Origin: an uncultured Alphaproteobacteria bacterium
GTDB taxonomy: Bacteria; Pseudomonadota; Alphaproteobacteria; HIMB59; GCA-002718135
Reading direction: 5' to 3'
DNA: 64,000 nucleotides
Assembly (NCBI GenBank): GCA_902597015.1
Contig: CACJWQ010000003.1
Span: forward strand, 25,434-89,433
How positions within the stretch are numbered: position 1 is the first letter of the stretch; every line of letters begins with the position of its first letter. The position numbers and the translations under genes are program-made. Below the pieces are notes generated by a model, which did not search any database, was not told the DNA's origin, and saw only the letters and a program-made list of their open reading frames with translations. Positions 48,707-58,094 of the stretch are shown piece by piece.

Positions 48707-49474
48707 ATGTATAATAAAAAAATGCTAACAAACTTTTGGGAAGAATTAACAACAAATGAAATTAAAAAAATAAATAGAAAAACAGTTTTAATTTTCCCAT
48801 TTTCATCAATAGAACAACATGGTCCGCACCTTCCATTAAATACTGATAAAAAAATTCTTGAAGGAATATTATTAGAATTCAATAAAAAATATAATTCAAA
48901 TAAATATTTAATTATGCCTGAAATATATTTTGGTTCAGCTGCTGAACATACAGATTTTGATGGAACTATAAGTATTGATTCTTTGGAATTTATATCGCAC
49001 TCTTTATCAATTTTAGAAAATGTATGTAAATTGAAATTTAAAAATATATTACTTTTAAATAGTCATGGTGGACAAATTAGTCATATAGATATTATTGCTA
49101 AAGAATTGAAATCAGAATTTAAGATAAACATAGTTAAAGGAACATATTTTTTATTTGATCAATTTAAAGGAATTATATCAAGTAAAGAAAAAGACTTTGG
49201 TTATCACGGTGGAGAATTTGAAACATCTATTATGTTATATTTATTTCCAAACCTAGTAAGGCAATCTAAAATTTCTAAACATAGATTATCTCCTGATTAT
49301 TTATCATCTAAAACCATTTCTTATGAGAAAAATATTAAGAAAGCTTGGGTAACTAAAGAATTAAGTAAAAGTGGAATTATTGGAGATCCTAGAAAATCCA
49401 ATGCACAGATAGGAAAAAAAATAATTGATAGAGTAACACAAAAATTAAATAAAATAATAAATGAGATGTTTTAG
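48707..49474 (+). CDS. Creatininase-family amidohydrolase (FAPy-nucleotide deformylase-like)
   Basis: SIEQHGPHLPLNTD, EHTDFDGT, NSHGG, HGGEFETS, GIIGDP. Confidence 0.9.
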   Translation: MYNKKMLTNFWEELTTNEIKKINRKTVLIFPFSSIEQHGPHLPLNTDKKILEGILLEFNKKYNSNKYLIMPEIYFGSAAEHTDFDGTISIDSLEFISHSLSILENVCKLKFKNILLLNSHGGQISHIDIIAKELKSEFKINIVKGTYFLFDQFKGIISSKEKDFGYHGGEFETSIMLYLFPNLVRQSKISKHRLSPDYLSSKTISYEKNIKKAWVTKELSKSGIIGDPRKSNAQIGKKIIDRVTQKLNKIINEMF

Positions 49475-49497
49475 ATTTTTATTTATTAAAAATTAAA

Positions 49498-50061
49498 TTA
49501 AAAAAATTTTTCGTATACCTCATTGTACTCACAATCATATACCTCACAGTTATCCAGCATATATTCAGTTATTTGACTTAAGAATGTACCATGACTGACT
49601 AATACAATTTTTTGTAAATTAAGTTTTTTGATAGATAGTAGAAAAGACCTTAATCTCATTTTAATATCATTGTGAGACTCTTGTATAATTTTTTTTTCAT
49701 TAATAGGTTTGTTATTATTCCACCAAAAATCATTTAAATTATTAAAATCAAAATCATTAAATTCTTTTTTTAATTTTTTTGGTTGTCTTCCTACATCACA
49801 TGAGTGGTATAAATGTTCTCTTATTAATGGTTCAATTACAGGTTTATTAGATGGAAAAACAATAGAGAATGTTTCCAAAGTTCTTGTTAAGGGGGAACAA
49901 AAATAATTATCAAATTTGAGATTTTTAATTCTATTATTTAATTTTTTTGCTTGCTCAACTCCTCTTTGAGTAATTCTTGCATCATAATAATAAGTTGGAT
50001 TATCTAAATCTGATGCTGCATTAGCTTCTGACTCTGCATGTCTAATAAGATATAATTTCAT
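49498..50061 (-). CDS. Histidine phosphatase family protein
   Basis: LIRHAES, SPLTRTLET, IRE, VSHG. Confidence 0.88.
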   Translation of the reverse strand: MKLYLIRHAESEANAASDLDNPTYYYDARITQRGVEQAKKLNNRIKNLKFDNYFCSPLTRTLETFSIVFPSNKPVIEPLIREHLYHSCDVGRQPKKLKKEFNDFDFNNLNDFWWNNNKPINEKKIIQESHNDIKMRLRSFLLSIKKLNLQKIVLVSHGTFLSQITEYMLDNCEVYDCEYNEVYEKFF

Positions 50062-50115
50062 TTTTTAACTATAAATACGATAAACATTCAAGCATCAGTA
50101 GTATAAAACTTAGCT

Positions 50116-50253
50116 TTATTTACGGGAAGAAACTGCCAATAGCAATGGTACAATCATAACTAAGGTTGTTAAGACTGATGGATTAAATAACCAATAAAGA
50201 ACACCTAGAGAAAATATTAACATCCAGAATTCATTTTTATATAAAAATTTCAT
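50116..50253 (-). CDS. Putative small membrane protein, 45 aa (below the ORF-track cut-off)
   Basis: Manual translation MKFLYKNEFWMLIFSLGVLYWLFNPSVLTTLVMIVPLLLAVSSRK. It is co-oriented, 15 bp downstream of mtkB. Confidence 0.5.
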   Translation of the reverse strand: MKFLYKNEFWMLIFSLGVLYWLFNPSVLTTLVMIVPLLLAVSSRK

Positions 50254-50268
50254 TATTTTTTAATTATA

Positions 50269-51165
50269 TTAATTCAAATTATTTTCTACTAATACTTTTT
50301 TAACAGTTTCACCCATTACAGAAGGGTTTTTGGAAATTGTAACCCCACACTCTTTAAGAAGTTCTACTTTTTCTATTGCACTTTCACCATAAGCAGAAAC
50401 AATTGCGCCAGCATGCCCCATCACACGACCTTTTGGTGCAGTTAGTCCTGCTATATACGCAATTACCGGTTTACTCATATTTTCTTTAGCAAATTTTCCA
50501 GCTTCAACTTCTTGTGGACCACCTATTTCACCTATCATTAAAACTGCAATAGTTTCATCATCATTTTCAAACTTTTCAATTATATCTCTAAAAGAACTTC
50601 CATTTATTGGATCGCCTCCTATACCTACACTTGTTGAAACACCAATTTCCAAATCTTTAAGTTGTTGTGCAGCTTCATATCCCAAAGTGCCAGATCTACT
50701 AACTATTCCTATTTTACCTTCTTTGTAGATATGACCAGGCATAATACCTAACATAGATTTACCAGGGCTAATTATTCCTGCACAATTCGGACCTACTAAT
50801 CCCATTTTTTTATCTTTTGGATATCTTCTCATGTATCTTTTTATTTTAACCATATCATGAGAAGGAATACCGTCAGTAATAGCCACACAGGTCTTAATAC
50901 CAGCATCAGCAGCTTCCATTGCTGAGTCAGCTGCGAAGGCTGGAGGAACAAATAAAATTGATGTTGATGCTCCAGTTTGATCTACAGCTTCTTTAACAGT
51001 ATTAAAAACAGGAAGATTTAAATGAGTCATGCCACCCTTACCAGGTGTTACCCCGCCAACAACGTTAGAACCATACTTAATCATTTCTTCAGCATGAAAA
51101 CTTCCAATTTTTCCAGTGAATCCTTGGACTAAAATCTTTGTATTTTTGTGAATAATTATAGACAT
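50269..51165 (-). CDS. mtkB: Malate-CoA ligase (malate thiokinase) alpha subunit, SucD-like
   Basis: VQGFTGKIG, GGVTPGKGG, GPNCAG, MGHAGA; lies in an operon with mtkA and mcl. Confidence 0.8.
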   Translation of the reverse strand: MSIIIHKNTKILVQGFTGKIGSFHAEEMIKYGSNVVGGVTPGKGGMTHLNLPVFNTVKEAVDQTGASTSILFVPPAFAADSAMEAADAGIKTCVAITDGIPSHDMVKIKRYMRRYPKDKKMGLVGPNCAGIISPGKSMLGIMPGHIYKEGKIGIVSRSGTLGYEAAQQLKDLEIGVSTSVGIGGDPINGSSFRDIIEKFENDDETIAVLMIGEIGGPQEVEAGKFAKENMSKPVIAYIAGLTAPKGRVMGHAGAIVSAYGESAIEKVELLKECGVTISKNPSVMGETVKKVLVENNLN

Positions 51166-51167
51166 GA

Positions 51168-52328
51168 TTATCCAAGAGCCTTCACTGCTTTATTTGCTGC
51201 ATCTTCTAAAGTTGATGCTTCAATGTAATTTATATTGCTTTTTTTAAGTATTTCATTTCCCTTTTCGACGTTAGTTCCAGCTAAACGTATAACTAAAGGA
51301 TGTTTAATTTCAATTTTTGATAAAGCTTGAACAATTCCTTCTGCAACCCAATCACATCTGTTAATCCCTGCAAAAATATTAACTAATATCACCTCAACTT
51401 TTGTGTCCATAGAGATTAATTTAAAAGCTTTAACTATTTTTTCAGGTGTTGCACCTCCGCCAACATCTAAAAAATTTGCTGGTTCACCACCAGCAAGTTT
51501 TATCATATCCATTGAAGCCATTGCTAAGCCTGCACCATTAATAATATTACCAATATTCCCATCTAGACTTACATAATTCATTCCTCTGTCAGAAGCATAA
51601 ACTTCATTTGAATTTTCTTGTGTTTTATCTCTAAGTTCTGCAATTTCATCTCTTCTAAACATTGCATTATTATCAAAACTCATTTTACAATCTAATGCTA
51701 GTATTTCATCTTGGTGTGATACAACTAATGGATTAACTTCAACCATTGTTGCATCAAGCTCACTAAAAGCTTTATAACAACCAATAATTGTATTTGCTGC
51801 TCTTGAGATCAATTTGGATTCAATTCCTAAACCAAAAGCTATTTCTCTTGCTTGAAATTGTTGAATACCAACTGCTACTTCTATTTTAGATCGTATAATT
51901 GTTTCAGGTTTTTCTTTTGAAATTTCTTCGACACTCATTCCACCTTCTGTTGAGGCTACAACCATTATACTTTCTGAAGATCTATCAAACACTAAACCTA
52001 AATATAATTCATGTTTGATATCAGTTGCTTCTTCAATATAAATTCTATTTATTATCTTACCCTCTGGACCAGTTTGGTTTGTAATTAATTTTTTACCTAA
52101 CAATTTATCAGTTGCATCAGCAACTTCTAACGGAGAATTACATATTATAATTCCTCCCGCTTTACCTCTAGCACCAGAGTGAACTTGTGCTTTTACAACC
52201 CATTTAGAACCACCAATTTCTCTCGCTTTATTTTCTGCATTTTCTGGACTATAAACAATACCACCAGTGGGAATTTTAACACCAAAATCGGACAATATTT
52301 TTTTTGCTTGATATTCGTGTATATCCAT
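51168..52328 (-). CDS. mtkA: Malate-CoA ligase (malate thiokinase) beta subunit, SucC-like
   Basis: MDIHEYQAK, GARGKAGG, QQFQAREIAF and NIFAGINRCDWVAEG (MtkA-type; SucC typically reads NIFGGI.RCD). Confidence 0.85.
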   Translation of the reverse strand: MDIHEYQAKKILSDFGVKIPTGGIVYSPENAENKAREIGGSKWVVKAQVHSGARGKAGGIIICNSPLEVADATDKLLGKKLITNQTGPEGKIINRIYIEEATDIKHELYLGLVFDRSSESIMVVASTEGGMSVEEISKEKPETIIRSKIEVAVGIQQFQAREIAFGLGIESKLISRAANTIIGCYKAFSELDATMVEVNPLVVSHQDEILALDCKMSFDNNAMFRRDEIAELRDKTQENSNEVYASDRGMNYVSLDGNIGNIINGAGLAMASMDMIKLAGGEPANFLDVGGGATPEKIVKAFKLISMDTKVEVILVNIFAGINRCDWVAEGIVQALSKIEIKHPLVIRLAGTNVEKGNEILKKSNINYIEASTLEDAANKAVKALG

Positions 52329-53266
52329 TACTTACTTTCAATTAACTTATTAATATTTACAATATTTTCAGCCATTCTTGCAGATGCAGCATCGATCATT
52401 CTTCCATCAAGCTGAGCAGCGCCCTTTCCTTCAGCAGCTGCTTTTTCTAATTCTAATAATATTCTTTTTGCTTTATCTATTTCTTCTTTGGGTGGAGAAA
52501 AAACTTCATTAGCTAAATCTATTTGTGATGGATGTATTGCCCATTTACCCTCAAAACCAATTGCTGCAGCTCTTTTTGCTGCATCAAGATATCCTTCTTT
52601 GTCATTAAAATCACCAAAAGGCCCATCTATTGCTCTTAAGCCATATGACCTACAGGTCATTACTAAAGTTGATAGACCATGATGCCATTGATCACCAGGG
52701 TAATCGGGATTTAAACCTCCTATGACAACTGTTCTTGCTCGCATACTTGCTGCATAATCTGCAACTCCAAAGTGTAATGCTTCTAGTCTTGAACTTGATT
52801 TTGCGATTGATTGGATATTAGACATTCCTAATGCTGTTTCAATTAAGCATTCTAAACCTATTCTATTTACAAATTTTTTATTTTGTTCAATTTGATTAAG
52901 CATACAATCAACCATATATACATCAGATGATGAACCTACTTTAGGAATTAATAATGTATCAATTTTATCACCGACCTCTTCTATAATTTCAATCACATCA
53001 CGATACATATAGTGTGTATCCAAGCCGTTAATTCTTATAGAGATTGTTTTACCTTCTTCTCTCCAATTATATTCTTTTATTGCATTAATAACATTTTTTC
53101 TTGCATCAATTTTATCATTTGGAGAAACTGCATCTTCTAAATCTAAAAAAATATAATCAGCATTTGATTTTAATGCTTTTTCAAACATCTTTGGATTAGA
53201 GCCTGGAACTGCCAATTCACTTCTGTGTAATCTAGATTTAGCAGGTTTATAAAATAAATGGCTCAT
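52328..53266 (-). CDS. mcl: Malyl-CoA/beta-methylmalyl-CoA lyase (CitE family)
   Basis: RSELAVPGSNP, LDLEDAV, RINGLDT, LIETA, HFGVADYAAS, IDGPFGDF, GKWAIHPSQ. Confidence 0.88.
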   Translation of the reverse strand: MSHLFYKPAKSRLHRSELAVPGSNPKMFEKALKSNADYIFLDLEDAVSPNDKIDARKNVINAIKEYNWREEGKTISIRINGLDTHYMYRDVIEIIEEVGDKIDTLLIPKVGSSSDVYMVDCMLNQIEQNKKFVNRIGLECLIETALGMSNIQSIAKSSSRLEALHFGVADYAASMRARTVVIGGLNPDYPGDQWHHGLSTLVMTCRSYGLRAIDGPFGDFNDKEGYLDAAKRAAAIGFEGKWAIHPSQIDLANEVFSPPKEEIDKAKRILLELEKAAAEGKGAAQLDGRMIDAASARMAENIVNINKLIESK

Positions 53267-53323
53267 TTAAAAAAAAATTATATATTTGATTAATATTATA
53301 AAAGCGATAAAAAAATTTAAATA

Positions 53324-53980
53324 TTATAAAGATATTTCTTTAAGGCAATTTTCATCATTATTTTTTGGATTATTTACAATTTTTGATACCGGATAAAAGT
53401 CTAAATCATCCTCGATAATACTTTTGTTTTTATGTAGAAATTCATTTTCATTATCATTAAGAAAATCAAGACCCTCATTATGAGACATAATAAGAGGCAT
53501 TCTATTATGTATATGGGAAAGATTTTCATTTGCCTCCTTAGTAATGATACAGACAACATTCATTTTTTTATTATCTCTTATTTCTTCCCTCCAAATTCCA
53601 CCAAAAAATAATAATTCATTTCTAGGAATTGATATTAAATAGGGTTGTTTTTGATTATTTATATTTTTCCATTCATAATATCCATTTGCAATAATAAGAC
53701 ATTTTCTTTTAGTAAATGATTCTTTAAACAGATATTTATCATTAATCGTTTCAATTCTTGCATTAATAACAAATTGAGTAACATTATTTTGTTTACTAAA
53801 AAAACTATAACTCCAAATAAAAGTATCTATTAAAAGTTTATGATTATTTTCGTAAATAATATTAACGATATTAGAAGGTGATATATTGTAAGACTTATGT
53901 GCGTAATTTAAAACTTCTGAGTTAGGAAATAGTTTTGTAATTTTTTCTTTATCTTCAGTGCTTGTAAATCTTCCGCACAC
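53324..53980 (-). CDS. yedK: SOS-response-associated peptidase / abasic-site protection protein (SRAP/HMCES, YedK)
   Basis: MCGRF N-terminus (GTG start), INARIET, GYYEW, IHNRMPLI. Confidence 0.92.
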   Translation of the reverse strand: MCGRFTSTEDKEKITKLFPNSEVLNYAHKSYNISPSNIVNIIYENNHKLLIDTFIWSYSFFSKQNNVTQFVINARIETINDKYLFKESFTKRKCLIIANGYYEWKNINNQKQPYLISIPRNELLFFGGIWREEIRDNKKMNVVCIITKEANENLSHIHNRMPLIMSHNEGLDFLNDNENEFLHKNKSIIEDDLDFYPVSKIVNNPKNNDENCLKEISL

Positions 53981-54438
53981 TATGACGCTTGTGATAAAGG
54001 CATTGGTCTAGAAACACCGACAGTCATCCAGCAATCTTTAAACTCACCGTTTTGCTCTACTTTTTCTACTGTCCATTCGAAACCAAATTTTTTTCCATTA
54101 CTATCTGTAAGCTCTACAAAGTAATATGAACTTTTTTCTTGTTCCTGAACAGGAATTATGTTGTGTTCTAAGTGATCAATCATCATTGAATAGGATGGAT
54201 TTTTAATCATTCTAATAAAATTGTCTAGGGGGCCTGTGTACATTCTATTATTTGGATGTGCAAATTCCCAAGTTTGTTCAATACCAGCATCGTCAAAAGG
54301 TAAATTATTTTTTTGTAGTGCTTTTAATTGAATTGAAATAACTTCTTTAGGGCCAATTGAGGGATCTGGTTTTATCATTTCTCCATAAACGTTTTTTGAT
54401 AATAAAATAAACAAGCTAAACAATATAATTTTATGCAT
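53980..54438 (-). CDS. Exported protein, DUF4864-like
   Basis: Signal-peptide-like start; PKEVISIQLKALQ, FAHPNNR..TGP, CWMT. Confidence 0.7.
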   Translation of the reverse strand: MHKIILFSLFILLSKNVYGEMIKPDPSIGPKEVISIQLKALQKNNLPFDDAGIEQTWEFAHPNNRMYTGPLDNFIRMIKNPSYSMMIDHLEHNIIPVQEQEKSSYYFVELTDSNGKKFGFEWTVEKVEQNGEFKDCWMTVGVSRPMPLSQAS

Positions 54439-54474
54439 AAATTTTAAAATAGTGTAATTATAAGTTAAGGCAAT

Positions 54475-55074
54475 ATGTATATTTATGATTTTATCCAAGG
54501 ATTAATAATTGGAGGAACATTAATAATAGCCATAGGACCTCAAAATTTATTTGTAATTCAGCAAGGGCTTAAAAAATCTTATGTTTTCACAGTTACTTTA
54601 TTTTGCAGTCTATCAGACAGTTTACTAATTGTAATTGGAATATATCTATCTAACTATATTGTTCAAATTAATCCAAGTATTATAGGAATAATAAAAGTAT
54701 TAGGTGGAATTTGGCTTATATTTTATGGATTAAATAAAGTTAGAAAATTAAATCAACTTAAAGATATTAATAAAAAATTAAATATTATTAATGAATACGG
54801 AAAAGTATTAATTACCTTATTCCTTATTACATACGCAAATCCTCATGTTTATCTAGATACAATTATTTTACTGGGATCATTATCAACAAATTTTAATGAT
54901 CAATTTTCATTTGGCATTGGAGCAATTTCAGCTAGTTTTTTATTTTTCTTTTCTTTGGGATATATGTCAAAGTTTTTATCAAAATATATTTATTCAAATA
55001 AAACTTGGTTTTGGATTGATCTAACTATTGGTCTACTAATGGTTAGTTATGGAATATATTTTATAATTTTCTAA
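54475..55074 (+). CDS. LysE/ArgO amino acid exporter
   Basis: IIAIGPQNLFVIQQG, NPHVYLDT. Confidence 0.9.
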   Translation: MYIYDFIQGLIIGGTLIIAIGPQNLFVIQQGLKKSYVFTVTLFCSLSDSLLIVIGIYLSNYIVQINPSIIGIIKVLGGIWLIFYGLNKVRKLNQLKDINKKLNIINEYGKVLITLFLITYANPHVYLDTIILLGSLSTNFNDQFSFGIGAISASFLFFFSLGYMSKFLSKYIYSNKTWFWIDLTIGLLMVSYGIYFIIF

Positions 55075-58000
55075 AGAATGTTTCTAAATTTTTACATACA
55101 TGATCAACATTTAATTTTGTAAAAACGAGAGGTGGTTTTATTTTAATAACATTGTCATAAGGGCCATCAGTACTCAATAAAATACCTTGATTCCTCATAT
55201 AATTAATAAGCAATTTAGCTAATTTTTTATTTGGTTTAGAAACATTACTGTTTTGGATAATGTCTATTCCTAAAAAAAGCCCCCTACCTCGAACTTCACT
55301 AATATATTTTTTATATTTAAATTGGATTTTTTTTAATTCTTTTAAAAAATAATTACCAACTAACAAAGCATTTTTTTGTAATTTATTATTATCAATAGTC
55401 TCTAATACTGCTTTACCGATAGCACAGGAAACAGGATTACCACCGAATGAATTAAAATATTCCATTCCGTTATTAAAAGTTGAAGCAATTTTTTCTGTAG
55501 TTATAACAGCAGCTATAGGGTGACCATTGCCCATAGGTTTGCCCAAGGTTACTATATCAGGAACGACATCATGCTCTTCAAATGACCAATAATTACTTCC
55601 AACGCGTCCAAAACCAGTTTGTACCTCGTCAACAATACATAATGCTTTGTTTCTTCTAATTTCTGAAAATATTTCTTTTAAATAATTTTTTGGAAGAATT
55701 ACTTGACCGCCGCAACCAAGTATACTTTCAGTAAAAAAACATGCAATTTTGGTTTCTTTAATTTTATTTCTAATTACTGTTTTAGCTTCATCTATATATT
55801 TTTGAATCCAATTTGAATTTTGATATCTCCACTTACCTCTTAAAGGATCAGGCATATCTAATACGTGAACATAATCTTTTTTACCCGAACCTCCCTTACT
55901 ATTAAATTTATATGGACTTAGATCAATTAAAGCATTGGTATGCCCATGATAAGCATTGTCCATCACAAAGACATCTTTTGCACTAGTATAAGTTTGGGCT
56001 ATTCTATAAGCTAAATCATTAGCTTCAGATCCTGTACATACGAAAAATATCTTATTTAATTTCTTTGGAAACTTACTTAAAAGTAATTCACTATAATCGT
56101 TAATTGTATCGTATAGATATCTCGTATTAGTATTAAGTTTTAAATTTTGCTTTGTCATAGCTTCATGGACATAGGAATTTGAATGTCCAACATGGGAAAT
56201 ATTATTTACACAATCTAAGTATCTCCTGCCATATCTATCAAAAAAATACTGATCTTTAGCTTCAAGCATATAAAGGGGTTTCTTGTAAGAAATTGATAAA
56301 TTATCAGAAATATTTTTTCTTCTTTTCTTTAAAGTATCTTTAAAATTATTATTATTATTAAAATAAAAAGATTTTGGAATTCGTAGAATTAAATTTGGAT
56401 CAGGTGAAATTTTATTCCAAATATTGAATAAAAATTCTTCACCTACTCCTGGAAAATTCTTATCATGTCCTAATAAATCTAAAATAATTTGAAAATGTAA
56501 ATGTGGTAACCATTTTCCATTTTCATTAGAATTACCAATTTTACCAATCCATTCACCTTTCTTAATTTTTTTTCCAATTTTTAGTTTTTGAAACATTATT
56601 TTAGATAAATGACCGTATAGAGTATAAAATTTATATTTTTTAAAACTATGCTCTAAAACTAGAGTGGGGCCATAGTCATATTTAAAATTATTATTTTTTA
56701 AAATTATAATTTTACCATCTATTGGAGCAAATAAATCTGTTCCCTGATCAATAAAAATATCAATTCCTAAGTGAATATTACGTCTTTCATTCGTATTTAA
56801 TTCAGAAATAAAGTTAGGTCCCTTATAAACTTTTCTTTTTTCATTGTATAAACCTATACCTATACGAGAATTATCTTCTTTAAATATTTTATTAACTCTT
56901 TTTTTAAGCGAACTATTATCTGGGTTACCTTTCAATAAAGGTGAATCAGAACTTAATTTTAAGATAGATTTATTTTTATCAAGTAAATTAAATTTAAAAA
57001 TATTACCAAAGTTGAATTTATTTATATAATTTATAATTTCATTATGATGGTGAATAATATCAAAGTCGCATATTTCGCGAACAATATATATTAAAAAATT
57101 GATAGGAATTTTGTCTAATTTTTCTAATAAAGACCATGCATCTTTCTCACTAATACTTAAATATTGATTTGATGGATATTTAATTCTTTGTTTTTTTGCC
57201 ATTACAACAGTAATCATAAGTCTTGACTTACATAATGATATTAATGAATTAATTTCATCCTCATTAATAGAAAACTGTTTATTGTACTCTGTTATTATAT
57301 TTTTAAGTGTAAGATAAATATTATCATTGTTCATTAATGCATAGGAAAGGCATATAGCTAAATCATTTATTGTTGGAGAATAAATAGAATCTCCATAATC
57401 TAGTAAACCACAAACATTGTTTTCTTTAATAACAATATTATAATTATTTGGATCTGAATGAGTTATTGAATATCTTAATTTATTTAAATTATTTTTTACA
57501 AATTTTTCATATTCTGAAAAACATTTTAATAAAATTAATTTTTTTGAACCAGTAAAAATATTAATGTCTTTTTTAATCCATTTTATATTTGATGGATCCC
57601 AAATAAAATTTCTATGGGCATCTATATCGTTAAATGATTTTAACTTAGTTGACACTTTTCCAAGTAACTTACCTAAAGAATTTTCAATTTTATCGTTACT
57701 TTTTGTATCTCCATACATTCGCCCTTCAATATAAGATAAGATCCTAACAAAGCATTCTCTATTTTTTTTATCTAAATATTTTACAATCTTTGTATGGTGT
57801 ATTTTTGGTATAAAAGATTTAAGACTAAGATCACTTCGTAAATAATTAATTAATCTATCTTGGTATTTTAATATATTTATTTTTTCTGATGGGTTTGAAA
57901 TTTTTAATACATATTTTTTTTTATTATTTATGAATATAATAAAATTTATATCCCTTTCACTATCAAGTTGTTTAATTTTGAGTAATTTATTTCTTAAGAA

Positions 58001-58075
58001 AGAAAAATTAATCTTTAACCATTTAATTAAATGTTTATTATCAATAATAGGTGGATCAACATCAAAAACTGACAT
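55061..58075 (-). CDS. Three-domain fusion: APH-like phosphotransferase, M23 peptidase and class III aminotransferase/phospho-lyase
   Basis: SERDIN, VLKIS, HSDPNNYN, LDYGD (kinase); HLGID, YGHLS, PHLHFQ (M23); YLDCVNN, TGSEANDLA, DEVQTGFGR, TLGKPMGNG (AGXT2L-like). Confidence 0.9.
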   Translation of the reverse strand: MSVFDVDPPIIDNKHLIKWLKINFSFLRNKLLKIKQLDSERDINFIIFINNKKKYVLKISNPSEKINILKYQDRLINYLRSDLSLKSFIPKIHHTKIVKYLDKKNRECFVRILSYIEGRMYGDTKSNDKIENSLGKLLGKVSTKLKSFNDIDAHRNFIWDPSNIKWIKKDINIFTGSKKLILLKCFSEYEKFVKNNLNKLRYSITHSDPNNYNIVIKENNVCGLLDYGDSIYSPTINDLAICLSYALMNNDNIYLTLKNIITEYNKQFSINEDEINSLISLCKSRLMITVVMAKKQRIKYPSNQYLSISEKDAWSLLEKLDKIPINFLIYIVREICDFDIIHHHNEIINYINKFNFGNIFKFNLLDKNKSILKLSSDSPLLKGNPDNSSLKKRVNKIFKEDNSRIGIGLYNEKRKVYKGPNFISELNTNERRNIHLGIDIFIDQGTDLFAPIDGKIIILKNNNFKYDYGPTLVLEHSFKKYKFYTLYGHLSKIMFQKLKIGKKIKKGEWIGKIGNSNENGKWLPHLHFQIILDLLGHDKNFPGVGEEFLFNIWNKISPDPNLILRIPKSFYFNNNNNFKDTLKKRRKNISDNLSISYKKPLYMLEAKDQYFFDRYGRRYLDCVNNISHVGHSNSYVHEAMTKQNLKLNTNTRYLYDTINDYSELLLSKFPKKLNKIFFVCTGSEANDLAYRIAQTYTSAKDVFVMDNAYHGHTNALIDLSPYKFNSKGGSGKKDYVHVLDMPDPLRGKWRYQNSNWIQKYIDEAKTVIRNKIKETKIACFFTESILGCGGQVILPKNYLKEIFSEIRRNKALCIVDEVQTGFGRVGSNYWSFEEHDVVPDIVTLGKPMGNGHPIAAVITTEKIASTFNNGMEYFNSFGGNPVSCAIGKAVLETIDNNKLQKNALLVGNYFLKELKKIQFKYKKYISEVRGRGLFLGIDIIQNSNVSKPNKKLAKLLINYMRNQGILLSTDGPYDNVIKIKPPLVFTKLNVDHVCKNLETFFRKL

Positions 58076-58094
58076 AAAAGGTGTATAATTCATA

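Noticed and set aside
50269-52328. Annotation as TCA-cycle sucCD
   Set aside because: The MtkA-type motif, linkage to mcl, and absence of mdh/sucAB neighbours favour malate thiokinase.
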